Source: a virus
DNA: 64,000 bases
Direction: 5' to 3' (one strand)
Virus record (IMG/VR): IMGVR_UViG_3300037851_000452
Coordinates: 1 to 64,000 of that record
Shown here: piece by piece, positions 47,378-58,200 of the stretch
Numbering within the stretch: the stretch's first letter is position 1
How the letters are laid out: the number at the start of each line of letters is the position of its first letter
Notes under the pieces: generated by a model
What the model was told of the DNA's origin: nothing
Seen by the model: the letters and a program-made list of their open reading frames with translations, nothing else
The model's database searches: none
Translations under genes and position numbers: made by a program

Positions 47378-48082
47378 TTACGAGTTCAATATCCGGTCAA
47401 CGACTGAAGTAGACTCCCCCGCATAGGGGTGATCTTTCTCGCTCCCCTTTCTACGAAATCCCCTGCTCGTAGTAAACTTGTCTCCTAAGTATTCTTTCAG
47501 ATCAGACCGGATTTCTTCAGCCTCCTCCCTAGGCATATATGGGTACCCGTCTACCCTAGGATGGGACTCCTCCCCCAACCGCATGTCCTCTTCGTTGACT
47601 TCTAGCCTACCGCAGGGACAAACGTCGGAACGGTCCGGTCTGCCAGTCGTAGGGGTGTTCATATTAGAAACACCCTTATCGTAGTCGTAGTTGCTACGAA
47701 GAGTCCTAGACTCGTTTTCCATGCGCAAGTACGCAACCAAAGGGTCTGTGGAATATTCTTCTGAAGAAGCCAGTTTTGGCATGATGTTTCTTCCTCCGGT
47801 GTTTGGCACTATCTCAGAAACGTCAGGGCCAGGAGCCTGAAGCCTCTTCTTTGAAGGATTAGGACCGACCTCAGCAGAATTCTGAGAAGAAGACAGCAGC
47901 TTCTTTGAAAGTCCCAGACTGTCCTGGGTAGGAAACTTGGTACCGCCTAAAACAGGAAGTCGAAGGTCTTGTCCGGGAACGCTTCCGTGCTTGGCCAAAA
48001 AAGTAGAAACACGGTAGGGACGAATGCCCTTTCGTAACTTCCTAGCCAATAAGACCAGAGACTTGGCAGTCTTTTCGGACAT
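47378..48082 (-). CDS. Hypothetical low-complexity protein (possible internal virion protein)
   Basis: Contains EKTA and PKLAS K-x-A sites. Confidence 0.6.
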   Translation of the reverse strand: MSEKTAKSLVLLARKLRKGIRPYRVSTFLAKHGSVPGQDLRLPVLGGTKFPTQDSLGLSKKLLSSSQNSAEVGPNPSKKRLQAPGPDVSEIVPNTGGRNIMPKLASSEEYSTDPLVAYLRMENESRTLRSNYDYDKGVSNMNTPTTGRPDRSDVCPCGRLEVNEEDMRLGEESHPRVDGYPYMPREEAEEIRSDLKEYLGDKFTTSRGFRRKGSEKDHPYAGESTSVVDRILNS

Positions 48083-48089
48083 GTGGACC

Positions 48090-48485
48090 TCAAATCTCTG
48101 TTAGTCTTTCTACTTCTTTCGGACTAGAGGATATCGACGGGGCAACCGGCCCCAAGCTCCTTAATTCCTTCTCAGCTCGAACCCTGTCTCTGGCATCTTC
48201 CAAATTCTTTCTAGAGATAGATAGTCGAGCTGCAGGAAGAAGACCCCCGGTCACCGCCCCAGTGGCCATTCCCGTAGGAACATACCTCTTAAAAGGTACA
48301 CCCGTAGGAAGCCATTTGCCCGTAGATGCCTTGTTAGCTGCCATGCCTATCAAGGGCGTGGCTAAGGCCCCCAAAGCTCCAAACTGGGCAATCTCTTTGG
48401 CCTGTTCCGATGGAGATAGCTCGACCCTCTCAGCTATCTTCTCGAGTTCGTCCAAGAAGGAAGGGACCCAAGAGTCCAAAGTCAT
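48090..48485 (-). CDS. Small protein with FLDELEKIA N-tag and Gly-rich hydrophobic helices
   Basis: ORF track; motif seen. Confidence 0.7.
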   Translation of the reverse strand: MTLDSWVPSFLDELEKIAERVELSPSEQAKEIAQFGALGALATPLIGMAANKASTGKWLPTGVPFKRYVPTGMATGAVTGGLLPAARLSISRKNLEDARDRVRAEKELRSLGPVAPSISSSPKEVERLTEI

Positions 48486-48586
48486 TTCTTCTTCCCGTCC
48501 CTAAGTCTCATCTTCTTGTCTTCAGTAAGAATCCTGTCGTTGCGCTTCTTGATCTCTTCCTTACGCTTCTCTTGACGTTCGCTCAT
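48482..48586 (-). CDS. 34-aa highly charged peptide
   Basis: MSERQEKRKEEIKKRNDRILTEDKKMRLRDGKKK; fills the gap exactly and is ATGA-coupled to the next gene. Confidence 0.6.
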   Translation of the reverse strand: MSERQEKRKEEIKKRNDRILTEDKKMRLRDGKKK

Positions 48587-48587
48587 G

Positions 48588-48800
48588 TCAACCACCCCTC
48601 GTAATTACCTCCGGCGGAGGCTCTTCAAGTGCAATCGGGTTATAGTGAGCGTACGGGGTCTCGTCCTGCGTAAGAAGGTTGCTGTACGGACCTTGACCGT
48701 CAGACATACCTTCCAGGTGTTTTTCCCGAACGCGCTGCTCCTCGTCTAAAATGGAGCTCAGCTCATCAAAGAAAGCCGCCGTTTGGTCAGAGAAAGCCAC
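48588..48800 (-). CDS. Small protein with AFFDELSSI N-tag
   Basis: ORF track; motif seen. Confidence 0.65.
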   Translation of the reverse strand: MAFSDQTAAFFDELSSILDEEQRVREKHLEGMSDGQGPYSNLLTQDETPYAHYNPIALEEPPPEVITRGG

Positions 48801-48801
48801 G

Positions 48802-49227
48802 TCACACTCCTACCAAACCAGTCTTAGAAGATCGAATGTGCTTACACTCGTATCCCGGACTGAGACTACCCCTGAATCTCCAATCCGGACAAGTACACGC
48901 CAGACCTAGAGACGTTTTTCTAACTTCGTAGGATTTACCAGGAGAGGTCATACTCCGTACTTTGGTCAAGGTTTGGCCTTTAGCTAGAGCATGCATTCCC
49001 AATACATGACGAATGAGCTTTTCGTCCGAATTGGGGTGGCGTGATATAGCGTCTACGAAATTGGGATTGCTGGATCGTTGAACCAGTTTGTCCCATTTCT
49101 CGGGTCCGGCCTTTTCAGAGAACTGGTACTCTACGTTTCTCCATACACGGGAGCTGACGTCGCTGGGTTTCTCGGCAGCGATCTTTGTTAGTTCGTCAAA
49201 GAATGCGTGTAGAAATGCAGGTCTCAC
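48802..49227 (-). CDS. SWIM zinc-finger protein with AFFDELTKIAA N-tag
   Basis: YEV...CTCPDWRFR...CKHIR is a SWIM CxC-Xn-CxH motif. Confidence 0.75.
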   Translation of the reverse strand: MRPAFLHAFFDELTKIAAEKPSDVSSRVWRNVEYQFSEKAGPEKWDKLVQRSSNPNFVDAISRHPNSDEKLIRHVLGMHALAKGQTLTKVRSMTSPGKSYEVRKTSLGLACTCPDWRFRGSLSPGYECKHIRSSKTGLVGV

Positions 49228-49448
49228 TGCTGCCCTTGGCCTTCGTACTGCTTTCTAACTTGACGGCCAAGCGCGTAATCTTTAGCCGCCTGCTCTACCT
49301 GCTTTCCCGCTACGTAACCGCCGCCCAAAATAGCAGGCCACTTCATCTTCTTTACTAAGGCAGCAGCCCTTTCGGCACCAACGCCTGAGGCCTCTTTGCA
49401 TAGCTCGATTGTAAGAATCTCGTCCATGAACGCCCGCATAGAAACCAT
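49224..49448 (-). CDS. Small protein with AFMDEILTI N-tag
   Basis: ORF track; KEAS site and Gly-rich segment. Confidence 0.65.
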   Translation of the reverse strand: MVSMRAFMDEILTIELCKEASGVGAERAAALVKKMKWPAILGGGYVAGKQVEQAAKDYALGRQVRKQYEGQGQQ

Positions 49449-49457
49449 AGGACACCC

Positions 49458-52400
49458 CTAACCAGAAAGACCACGACTGATTGACAGCTCTGCCACGTAC
49501 GCCCTGACTCGCTTCCGAGCCTTACCCCGAGGGTCCATCTCTGGAGAGATAGAAAAGCCATCCTTCCCAGGGTTCAATATGGCTTTACGCTTCAAAGACG
49601 CTACCTCCGAAGGAGTAAGGCCGGGAAACAATGCTTTCAAAGCGTCTTTACCCGCCTGTAGTTCCAACCCTTCTCTATTGGGAAGGCGGACATCCGCATT
49701 GTAGTCCCCGAAAGCTCGACTATGGAAGCCTTCCTTGGCCCCCTTGTTTGGAAGTCCCTTATCGTCGAATTCCAAATCCGCGCTACCGAGTACCTGTACT
49801 AGCGTAGCCACAGGACGTTCGGTGTACTCTCTAATAAACTCGTGCATGTTCTGTCCCTTGTTCTTCACAATGGAGTACATAAACGTAATAGAATCTACTG
49901 CCTCTTCTACAGATCCAGGAACCACCCCCACAGAGTCCTTAGACGCTACTCTAGTAGAAGCTAGCTTCTTCCCTTTCTCCGACTCAAGACCCGATATCAC
50001 CTCTTCCGACAGGGCCTTGGCCTGGTCAGACTCTGGGAACATGATTGCGTCCGTTATGGCGCTAGTTCCCAAAAGAGGCTTGTATACTTCTGCAGTGATG
50101 TTCTTGTTCTTCCAAACGTCAGAGTACCATCCAGGCATAAGAGCGTCTTCAATAGACGTGTCGTACGTTACCCGTTCTCCGTACTTAACGGGAGACTGAA
50201 ATTTGAACTCAATACTTGTTGGAAGCATAGCCACGTCGTTTTGCACCAGCCCAGCCACAACCAAAGCGTTCCACGTGGTTTCCGATATTCCGTTGGAGTA
50301 GATTTCTGAATGGCTAAGCTTAGTCTTTTCCTCAGCCTCAGAAGAGCCTACCAGCTTAAATCCGTTGAACGGAGGTATGCCCTTAACAATACCACCCGTG
50401 GTTAAAGCCCCGGACAGATAGTCCAGGGTCAGGTCTAGCTCGTTTTCCGTTGAGACTGGCTTGGTGATTCCAGGAACCGTAACTATCCTAACATCAGAAA
50501 CAGTAGATACAGACCTATTAGTAAGACGCTGAACGTCTACCTTATACGAGATGTATCCGTCCTTAACGCTTTTGGGCTCTCTAAGAAGCATGCCCAAAAA
50601 CTCATCGTCTATTCCTCGTTGTGTTCTACAATAGGCGAGACTGGCAGAAGTAGAGGCCCCGCCCTGGGTTATAGAATGAGAGATGCTGACTATCTTTCCT
50701 AAAAATTGAGAAGGCCTCCACCTAACCCCTAGAACTTTCTCTACGGAAGTAACCACCGCAGCTGCAGGCATAGACGTGTTAATAACCAACGCAGGCAACC
50801 CTAGAACTAGGTGGGGGTTGAATACACATGACACGTTCATTGAACGAGCCGCCCACCGATGCAGGTAAAAGTTAAAGTTAGCCAGCCTCTGCAGATAACC
50901 AACACGGCCTGTTCCCGACTCAGAACCTCCATCCTTAAGGGCTTTGGCGGCCCAACGGTGTCCGTCTGTAACCCACTCAAACTTGGGTATGATTCCGCTA
51001 TGCAGCTCGTGTGGTAACAGGGTCTTAGAACCCTTAGCCATGCTAGCACCAAAGAGATTACCCTTAACGTCTTTGATGGAGGGAGAATAGTATGACGTGT
51101 TAAAATGCTCAGACCCCCTACCAGAACCGACTATCCATCCGGGACCTGCGGTGAGGCAGAGCCTAGACACCTCTCTCATCAAGTTCCTGCTATAAGATAG
51201 CTGGAAGTATTGGTCTGGGAAAATGACGTTGCATCTGGGAGGAGATACCCAAAATGATTCTGGAAGAAGAAGTTGGGTATACATCCTAGAGGGAGAAGAC
51301 GGAGATGTTATCTTCTTGTTAAGAGACGCTCTAGACTTGAATCCGATGACACCGTCTTTTAACAACGTAACCGCCGACGAGATGTTGGTCTGTATGGATA
51401 CGACCACCGACTCTTGGGTCTCTTTAACCACCTGACTCTGACCCACGCTTTGAGCAAACCCTTCTTGGGAAGCTAGGGCATAAGCGTCGTCTACAAAAAG
51501 AGTTGCTTCTTTAAGAGTACGCATGACCTTGTTCTTGTCAGATGACTTAGACTTGGATGTGTTCTCCTGGATTTTGACTAGAGCAGAAGAGGACTCAGAA
51601 AGCTTCATAGTAGCAACGGCCAACTCGTCTCTGGAGTTGGTGTTGACAAAAGAGTTGTACGACGCCGTCAACTGCTCAACCACAGCCTTGCAAGAGTTCT
51701 TAACAGCAACCCCTATTTGATCGTCGAAGAAACCAGGGCTCCAGGTCTCTTTAATACCAGGACCTTTAGACTCTACGTAGTACGGGCACGTATTGGGGTA
51801 GATGTTGTGGAATATCATCTGGCAAATGTGGTTGATGATGTCTCTAAAAGACAGCATCGTACCCATAGACATCATTCCGTTTCGCAGCCAGCTTATAAAG
51901 GCCCGGCTGGCATACAACTTTGCAGAGGTGTCGTCTTTCTCCACAGCCCCCAGCATACCCATCAAGTTGTATCGAAGCTCCGCTATGGTAAAAAAGTCGT
52001 TGACCCCGTTGAACCCCGGGTTGGCGCCGTCCAGGTAACGTATCCCAGAAATAGCCTCCAGGACGTGGATGATTCCTCCTAACAGCCCTTTGGTATTTCT
52101 GTAGTCCGCAGATCGCGGCTTAGTGGTAATGACCTCACCAATTACCCACTGATGTCCCCCTGACACAGAATCGAACGTACCTTCTCCCGCGGCAACAAAG
52201 TTTTTCCTCTTGTCGCTAAACATGTTTCCGTCTGGAGAGTAGTCCGTAAACCACTGGTAGGCCGTGTCCCAATAAGACGACAGGTCCATACACTGAAGAA
52301 CGAGCTGTCTGGTTCCAGGGTCCTTGCCGTAGTTTATCCCTATGACTTCTCCACAGAAAAGCAGACGATATTTCTCGTCAGCAGCGTCAAACCGGTTGCT

Positions 52401-52637
52401 GTTGTCTTCAGAAGTTACTTCAGAGATAGGCCCACCCATAGAGAGCGTAGTGTCCCCTAAGTAAAATAAGGACACGTACGTTCTAGCCAGGAGGTTCAGG
52501 GCTGTGTCTGTAGGAACTATCTGAATGCTGGCTACCGCTGGTTGGTCTGGGCTTGAGTCTACCTGAGCTGATATGACAGGCACTTCTATGCCTTCAAGAA
52601 ATAGACGAAGCCCTAGTGGTGCGTTTTTAGTGGTCAT
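49458..52637 (-). CDS. Baseplate hub-like protein
   Basis: LRLFLEGIEVPV...FCGEVIG...LVLQCMD N-terminal barrel; FNPHLVLGLP...GKIVSISHSI hub C-barrel; follows the TMP and tube-initiator genes. Confidence 0.65.
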   Translation of the reverse strand: MTTKNAPLGLRLFLEGIEVPVISAQVDSSPDQPAVASIQIVPTDTALNLLARTYVSLFYLGDTTLSMGGPISEVTSEDNSNRFDAADEKYRLLFCGEVIGINYGKDPGTRQLVLQCMDLSSYWDTAYQWFTDYSPDGNMFSDKRKNFVAAGEGTFDSVSGGHQWVIGEVITTKPRSADYRNTKGLLGGIIHVLEAISGIRYLDGANPGFNGVNDFFTIAELRYNLMGMLGAVEKDDTSAKLYASRAFISWLRNGMMSMGTMLSFRDIINHICQMIFHNIYPNTCPYYVESKGPGIKETWSPGFFDDQIGVAVKNSCKAVVEQLTASYNSFVNTNSRDELAVATMKLSESSSALVKIQENTSKSKSSDKNKVMRTLKEATLFVDDAYALASQEGFAQSVGQSQVVKETQESVVVSIQTNISSAVTLLKDGVIGFKSRASLNKKITSPSSPSRMYTQLLLPESFWVSPPRCNVIFPDQYFQLSYSRNLMREVSRLCLTAGPGWIVGSGRGSEHFNTSYYSPSIKDVKGNLFGASMAKGSKTLLPHELHSGIIPKFEWVTDGHRWAAKALKDGGSESGTGRVGYLQRLANFNFYLHRWAARSMNVSCVFNPHLVLGLPALVINTSMPAAAVVTSVEKVLGVRWRPSQFLGKIVSISHSITQGGASTSASLAYCRTQRGIDDEFLGMLLREPKSVKDGYISYKVDVQRLTNRSVSTVSDVRIVTVPGITKPVSTENELDLTLDYLSGALTTGGIVKGIPPFNGFKLVGSSEAEEKTKLSHSEIYSNGISETTWNALVVAGLVQNDVAMLPTSIEFKFQSPVKYGERVTYDTSIEDALMPGWYSDVWKNKNITAEVYKPLLGTSAITDAIMFPESDQAKALSEEVISGLESEKGKKLASTRVASKDSVGVVPGSVEEAVDSITFMYSIVKNKGQNMHEFIREYTERPVATLVQVLGSADLEFDDKGLPNKGAKEGFHSRAFGDYNADVRLPNREGLELQAGKDALKALFPGLTPSEVASLKRKAILNPGKDGFSISPEMDPRGKARKRVRAYVAELSISRGLSG

Positions 52638-54967
52638 AGTATGGGTGAAATCTCCGAATCGTCATCTTCGACGCCTATGATTCCTTGAGTGTCTTCTGGT
52701 TCTGGTGCAGGTGTCGAATACAACGCACGTAAGACCGCTGCAATACTTTCTGGAGTACGTTTGTAGACAGACTTAGACCCAACCCGGTATGTAGATTCTA
52801 TGGCGGACTTCATGTCCTCCCCATATACCCGTGGGTCTGGAGAGGTCTTCGCGTAAGTAGAGGTTCTTCCCGTCTCGGTTTTGTAGGCGGAAGTTAAGGC
52901 CTCCCCCTCTACAGCGGTGCGGATCTGACCCTCTTTAATCTGATACTCAGAAGTAGCGCCCACTCTATAGGTGTCTCCTAGAGCGGTCTTTATGTCGGTC
53001 CCGTAAGCCTTTAACTCCTCATCAAGATCTCCGTAAGCAGACTTAAGAAGACTCTCTAAATCTTTAGGGGGGTCCTCGTATACTTTCTTACCATATACCT
53101 CTTCATACGAAGCTTCTTCGTATGAAGCTCCTAAATACTGAGGCCTATTGTATATGAATCCGACGTCAACCTCGGTACCAGCTTCCAGAGCCTGCTGATA
53201 AGTCACGTCACTCTTGGCACCAATCCAGTCTGTGTCTGGAGACACTGACTGGCTGGTCACACCTAGCTTGTTTAACTTGTCAGCTCTTCCAAGCATCGAG
53301 TACTTAGAAGTCACCCCCGTGTCTTGCAAAGATTCTGCTGGAACTGGAAGATCTGAAGACTTAGGCACCAATACCAGCGGAGAGTCAGATACCTTAATCC
53401 CGTTTACAACAGACCCGGTACCGGGTTGAAAAGACCCACCCAACCATCCAACAGGAACCGGCTCTAGTGGAACGGGAGGATTCAACGCGCCGCTAAAAGC
53501 GTTCTCAAACGCTTTGATAGGAGAGGTGAACAAGTTATCCAATCGTAGGGACTGTATGCCCAAGGCCTGCTTAAGTGCCTTCTCTATAGAGCCAGTACGG
53601 ACTACGTCGGATATGGTGTCTGCTATAGCGGCAACCGTCATCACCATCCCAAACGCGGACTTAGCAAATACCACAGCTTCAGCCAGCGTCCCTAGAATAC
53701 CTCCGGCCTCCGCAATCTGGTTGTATAAAGCCAGTTGAGCATCGTACTCCTTAGCCCTAGCAGCTAGTTCCAAAGCGTGCTCTTCAGCTTTATTCCTACC
53801 CAAGTTGTTTCTCTTAAACCTCTTGTCTAAGCTCACTCGTTCTCTGGTGGGGTATTCGTCGTAGTTCTCGAAGATGTACCCCACTGGAGACCCCTTATCC
53901 ACGTTGGAGGTCCACGGAGTAGCGTACTTAGAATACGACGGCATTCTCAACTTTACCGAACCGGTAACCCCTTTGTACTGGCCCGTTGCAGAGTCAAACT
54001 TTTCCCCTAAAGCGTCTGAAGATAAAACCGCGGAGCTAATACTTCCAGCCCCAACAACCGCATTTCCAGCGTTCTGGTAGTATCCTGCCGCCCCAATAGG
54101 CACCCTAACTACTCTTCCCCCAATAACATTGTGTATTGCGTCAGTAACGCCATCCACCAGGCTTACCACGTCGTTAACCGCCTTAAGACCGGAACGTATG
54201 GCAGCAGCAATTCCGCCAGCGGGTTTAGCTGTCAAGTTCTTCAAACGTACTTTAGATGAGCTGGATACGAACTTGGACCGCTGGTCCTCTAGCTCCCTAT
54301 TAAGAACGTCTAGGTCGATGAATGAGTCTTTGCCTGGGAACCTCGTAGAGCCGATGCTTGACCAATCGTAGTATCCCGTAACGAACATCTGTAAGCTAAA
54401 AGGTATAGTGTACGGCTCGTCGGCGGAATCCACCGCAGAGGCCGCTAAAGGATACCCCTCGATGATAATCGTATCGTAACTGATATACGCTCTAGCGTTC
54501 TTCTGAACTAGCTGAGTTCCTCTAAACGATTCGTCGTAGTTCTTCCAGAATTGAGAACGCCAGTTAAAGTCTTCGGTGCTGACCAATAGACCAGAGAACG
54601 TCACTATTCTGGGTCGCTCTCCAAAAAAGTAAACGAAGGGGTCTCCAAACGTTTCAATAATCTGTTGCTTCTCTGCTCTCTGGTCATCTACTCTTTGAAG
54701 TATGTAGTCTGCGTATTCATAAACGAGGCCCCCCTTTCCGCTGTTAGTAGGAGACGTGTCCGAGCTGGATATTAGAGGTATAGCGCTCCCATCAGGATTG
54801 CGAACAGAAAGAGTAGAGTATGTGTCTTCCTTGATTTGAATACCTCTATATGGTCTTCGTATAGGCTTAGTGCCTCCCCAGGCATCGTCCGGTTCTAGGG
54901 TAATGTTAGGGTTGTTCCCTTTAGCTTTCTGTATAGAAAAAGAGTCCGTGCTTAAAAACATGAACAT
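52634..54967 (-). CDS. Tail tube initiator-like baseplate protein with long C-terminal extension
   Basis: EKQQIIETFG..FVYFFGERPRIVTFSGLL...IPFSLQMFV tube-fold-like pattern; synteny. Confidence 0.55.
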   Translation of the reverse strand: MFMFLSTDSFSIQKAKGNNPNITLEPDDAWGGTKPIRRPYRGIQIKEDTYSTLSVRNPDGSAIPLISSSDTSPTNSGKGGLVYEYADYILQRVDDQRAEKQQIIETFGDPFVYFFGERPRIVTFSGLLVSTEDFNWRSQFWKNYDESFRGTQLVQKNARAYISYDTIIIEGYPLAASAVDSADEPYTIPFSLQMFVTGYYDWSSIGSTRFPGKDSFIDLDVLNRELEDQRSKFVSSSSKVRLKNLTAKPAGGIAAAIRSGLKAVNDVVSLVDGVTDAIHNVIGGRVVRVPIGAAGYYQNAGNAVVGAGSISSAVLSSDALGEKFDSATGQYKGVTGSVKLRMPSYSKYATPWTSNVDKGSPVGYIFENYDEYPTRERVSLDKRFKRNNLGRNKAEEHALELAARAKEYDAQLALYNQIAEAGGILGTLAEAVVFAKSAFGMVMTVAAIADTISDVVRTGSIEKALKQALGIQSLRLDNLFTSPIKAFENAFSGALNPPVPLEPVPVGWLGGSFQPGTGSVVNGIKVSDSPLVLVPKSSDLPVPAESLQDTGVTSKYSMLGRADKLNKLGVTSQSVSPDTDWIGAKSDVTYQQALEAGTEVDVGFIYNRPQYLGASYEEASYEEVYGKKVYEDPPKDLESLLKSAYGDLDEELKAYGTDIKTALGDTYRVGATSEYQIKEGQIRTAVEGEALTSAYKTETGRTSTYAKTSPDPRVYGEDMKSAIESTYRVGSKSVYKRTPESIAAVLRALYSTPAPEPEDTQGIIGVEDDDSEISPIL

Positions 54968-54970
54968 GGG

Positions 54971-55198
54971 CTACCTCGCCGTGAAGCGCTCTTTGAGTAG
55001 AAACGCCCTAAAGTTGTCATTCACATCAAAAGGCACTTCTAGCCGAGTAACTAACGAGTAGATCTCCCTCTCCACCAAGTTGGTAAAGATGTCATCTACA
55101 GTCAATCGGTCTACCATCTTCACAGAAGACCTACCACGCTCAGTAGTGGTAAGAGAGAACTGGTACTCTTGACGGGGTCTTGGCTCTAGTCCAGGCAT
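54971..55198 (-). CDS. Small hypothetical protein
   Basis: SD AAGGAG; between TMP and tube initiator. Confidence 0.55.
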   Translation of the reverse strand: MPGLEPRPRQEYQFSLTTTERGRSSVKMVDRLTVDDIFTNLVEREIYSLVTRLEVPFDVNDNFRAFLLKERFTAR

Positions 55199-55209
55199 TC
55201 TAGAACTCC

Positions 55210-58200
55210 TTAAGCCTTTGCTGGGGCAGGGGCATTAGCGGTCATCTGAGTCCCTTGAGACGCTATCTCCTTAGCAAACTCTTTAACATCCTTATTCAAA
55301 GCCTTACCCACCGCTTCCACGAATCGTGTATTGGCTAGGGTGTACATACGAAGCTGCTCTTCCAAACGATTGGTAGTGCCCTGCGGCTCAGAGAGATTGC
55401 CTTTAGTAATTTTAGATACTAGGTCTTTAAACTTTCCTAAGTCTCCAGATTCCTTTACCTTCTTATAGTCGTCTCCTCCCATAGCCTCTAAATCGTAACC
55501 AAGACCCTTCATCTTCTTTTCAAACGAGGCTAGCTCCTTTCGAGACATGGAGCCAACGTCCATTCCGGCTCTCAAGGCTAGTACCTGCCTACCTATAGCT
55601 CCTCCAGACCGAAGAGCTTTCATTTCATCTTTGCTTAAGCCTCTAGCCAGATTCTCAGCCTCAGCGCCAGCCTGCGTGGTTTCTGACGTTTCCAGAACCT
55701 CGTCGGCTCCTCCGCGATAGAGTCTAACCAGGTTAGAAAAAGCCCTTCCAGATTCTTTTCCTAAACCCTCAACCTGATCGGGACCGGAAGCAGCAATCCC
55801 CTGAACCTTTTTGAGTTCTTCCATCTGTACTTGAGCCCCACGAGCCCCTATGTATCTCTCAGAAAGACCCTTAAACTTTTCTCGCCGCTCTGGGGTCATG
55901 TTGTGTTCTAGTTGGTTGATTATTTTGCTTACGTCTCCGCCACCTTTAATACGAGCCAGGTCGGTATTGGCCTCTGCTGCAGTAAGATCCCCCTTTAGGT
56001 ACTTAGCAAAAATATCTGATCCCGGCCCTCCAAATGCTTTCTCTAAGTCCCCCTCTGTAACTCCGCTGTCTCTGGTATCGGTCTGGGCTCCACGCGAGAA
56101 AGACCCCGCTACAGGTGATCCGCCGCCACCAATTCCAGAAAGAATGGAGGTCAACAAGCTTTTACCACCCAACTCAGACCGCATTTCCGATAAAAGATTC
56201 TCTTGGTTTTCTTTCAACCCTTGTATGTCTGTAGGTATACCAATGGCGGCGGCGTCGCTTTTGAAATCCATGGATGCATCCCCCGCGTAGAATCCCTCCT
56301 CAGTCTGGGCCACAGACAAATAATTGAGCTTCTCCCTGTCGCTCATCCCAGAAAAGACATCCCGGTCCTCAGAACTCATAAGTCTAAGGACTTCTTCCTT
56401 ATACTTTCCAGGGTCGGCCTTTCTTACTTTGCTAAGGCTATAGGAGTGTCTACCTATGGTTCGGCTAAGAACTGATTTAACCCTGGACAGCCTGTTCTCA
56501 TTTATACCCAACCCCTCTTTTCCGCCTTGAGCTCGGATATACGCTTGGCGAATACCCAGCTCTACGTCTGCTTGCGACGTTGTAAAACCCCCTCCCATCT
56601 GTAAAGGACCCCCTCCCTCCATAGATCCTATTCCTACGGTTCTCAAAGCTCTAGCCTTAGGGGTCATCTCTTCGCCTATACCCGTAATAGAACCAACGGC
56701 TCCAAAAAGCCCGCCAGTAATACCTCCCGCAGCTACTCCAGCAGCAGTTTTTCCAATCCAGTCACCGCTTGATAATCTACGGGTCATATTCTCCCACGCT
56801 GAGCCAGTGACAAAGTTCTGCCCCCCGTCAGCAGGCATGAACTTGGAAAAATCAGCAGTAAGGGCACCCTCCCTTAGTAGTCTAGACCTCTCCATGACGC
56901 CCATAGGTATTTTTCGCACACGCCCAGTTATCGTATTGGAAATTCTATCTACTAGGTCTCCGGTTTCTGTAGCTATCTTTTCACCGATCTCGTTAATAGG
57001 ACGAACAGTGTCCTCTATCGCCCTATCGAAGGCACCCTTCAAACCGGACAAGCTGTTGTAAGTTTTCGTATTGTGTTCATCAAAAGCTCTAGACATCGCC
57101 GCTTCCATTTGACGAGCCTTCTCATCCATGATTCTAGGAAGGTCATCAGCCATCTTCCCCAACATCTCGGCCTCTCGTGAAGACACACCGAGCATTTGCT
57201 TGAAAAGATGATGTCTAGCCCTCTCGCTTCCCCGAAAACGAGTGTCGGCTATCTTTTGGACTATGGCGACCATAGATTCTATGCCGCCCTCGGCGGCCAG
57301 ATTTTGACCTATCTGCCCCTCTTTCTCCATAAAAGACATTGCAGCTTCGTTACCTGACGCAGATTTCCTCCCCTGTCTCATCAATTCGTCAACCCCAACA
57401 CCCCCACTCAAGAATTGACCAAGCTTTTTCTTATCTATTCCCCCAGTAAAAACTCCCTCCCTGGTCTCCCCCAAACCAACCATCATAGCTCGGCCCGCAG
57501 AGGTGTTCATCAGGTTGGATGTTATTTGGCCCATTCTTTGAGCTAAAGCGGCCTGGCCCTCTTCCCCAGTCAAACCCCCCGTAAACTCTTCAACGTCCTC
57601 GGCAGAAAGAACACCAGCTCTTTGAGCAGCCTGAATGTTCAAGAAGGACTCTCGCCCTATAGTAGCTCCGGCTCTCCGTGTTCCACCCATGGCGTGGGAT
57701 AATTGAGCCCCGACTGCCATGGTCTGCATCATCTGAGGCGCAGCCTGAGGACCAACAGCTTTAGACGCTATAGCTGTTCCTAAAATGTCAGAGGTCTTCC
57801 AGAGGCCCATCTGCCTCATCTGCATATAGGCTGGAGCTGCCTCTTCAAGTGTAGTCCCCATAACTTTTGCCAGGTCTCTAACCTGACTAACTACCTGACC
57901 GAATCGTTGCTTGAAGGACTGTACGTCAGTGATACCAGTGAGAAGACCCATCTGGCCGGCACGGTCCATTAGGTTTTTTAGCTCCTTCATAGACCCCATG
58001 ATGTCGTCGCCAGCCATTTCCCCCAAGGCACCTACGATACCTTTTATGGTCTGGCGGCCCATCTCCCCACCAGCCCTAGCTCCCGGAGCTCCGAACTGCG
58101 GTCCGAAATACTGGTTCGCCATGCTTCCGACGTCAGAGATGTTCTGAACTCCCTGATACACGCTCCCAGCTACTTGCTGAACTGCAAGTCCAGCAGCCAT

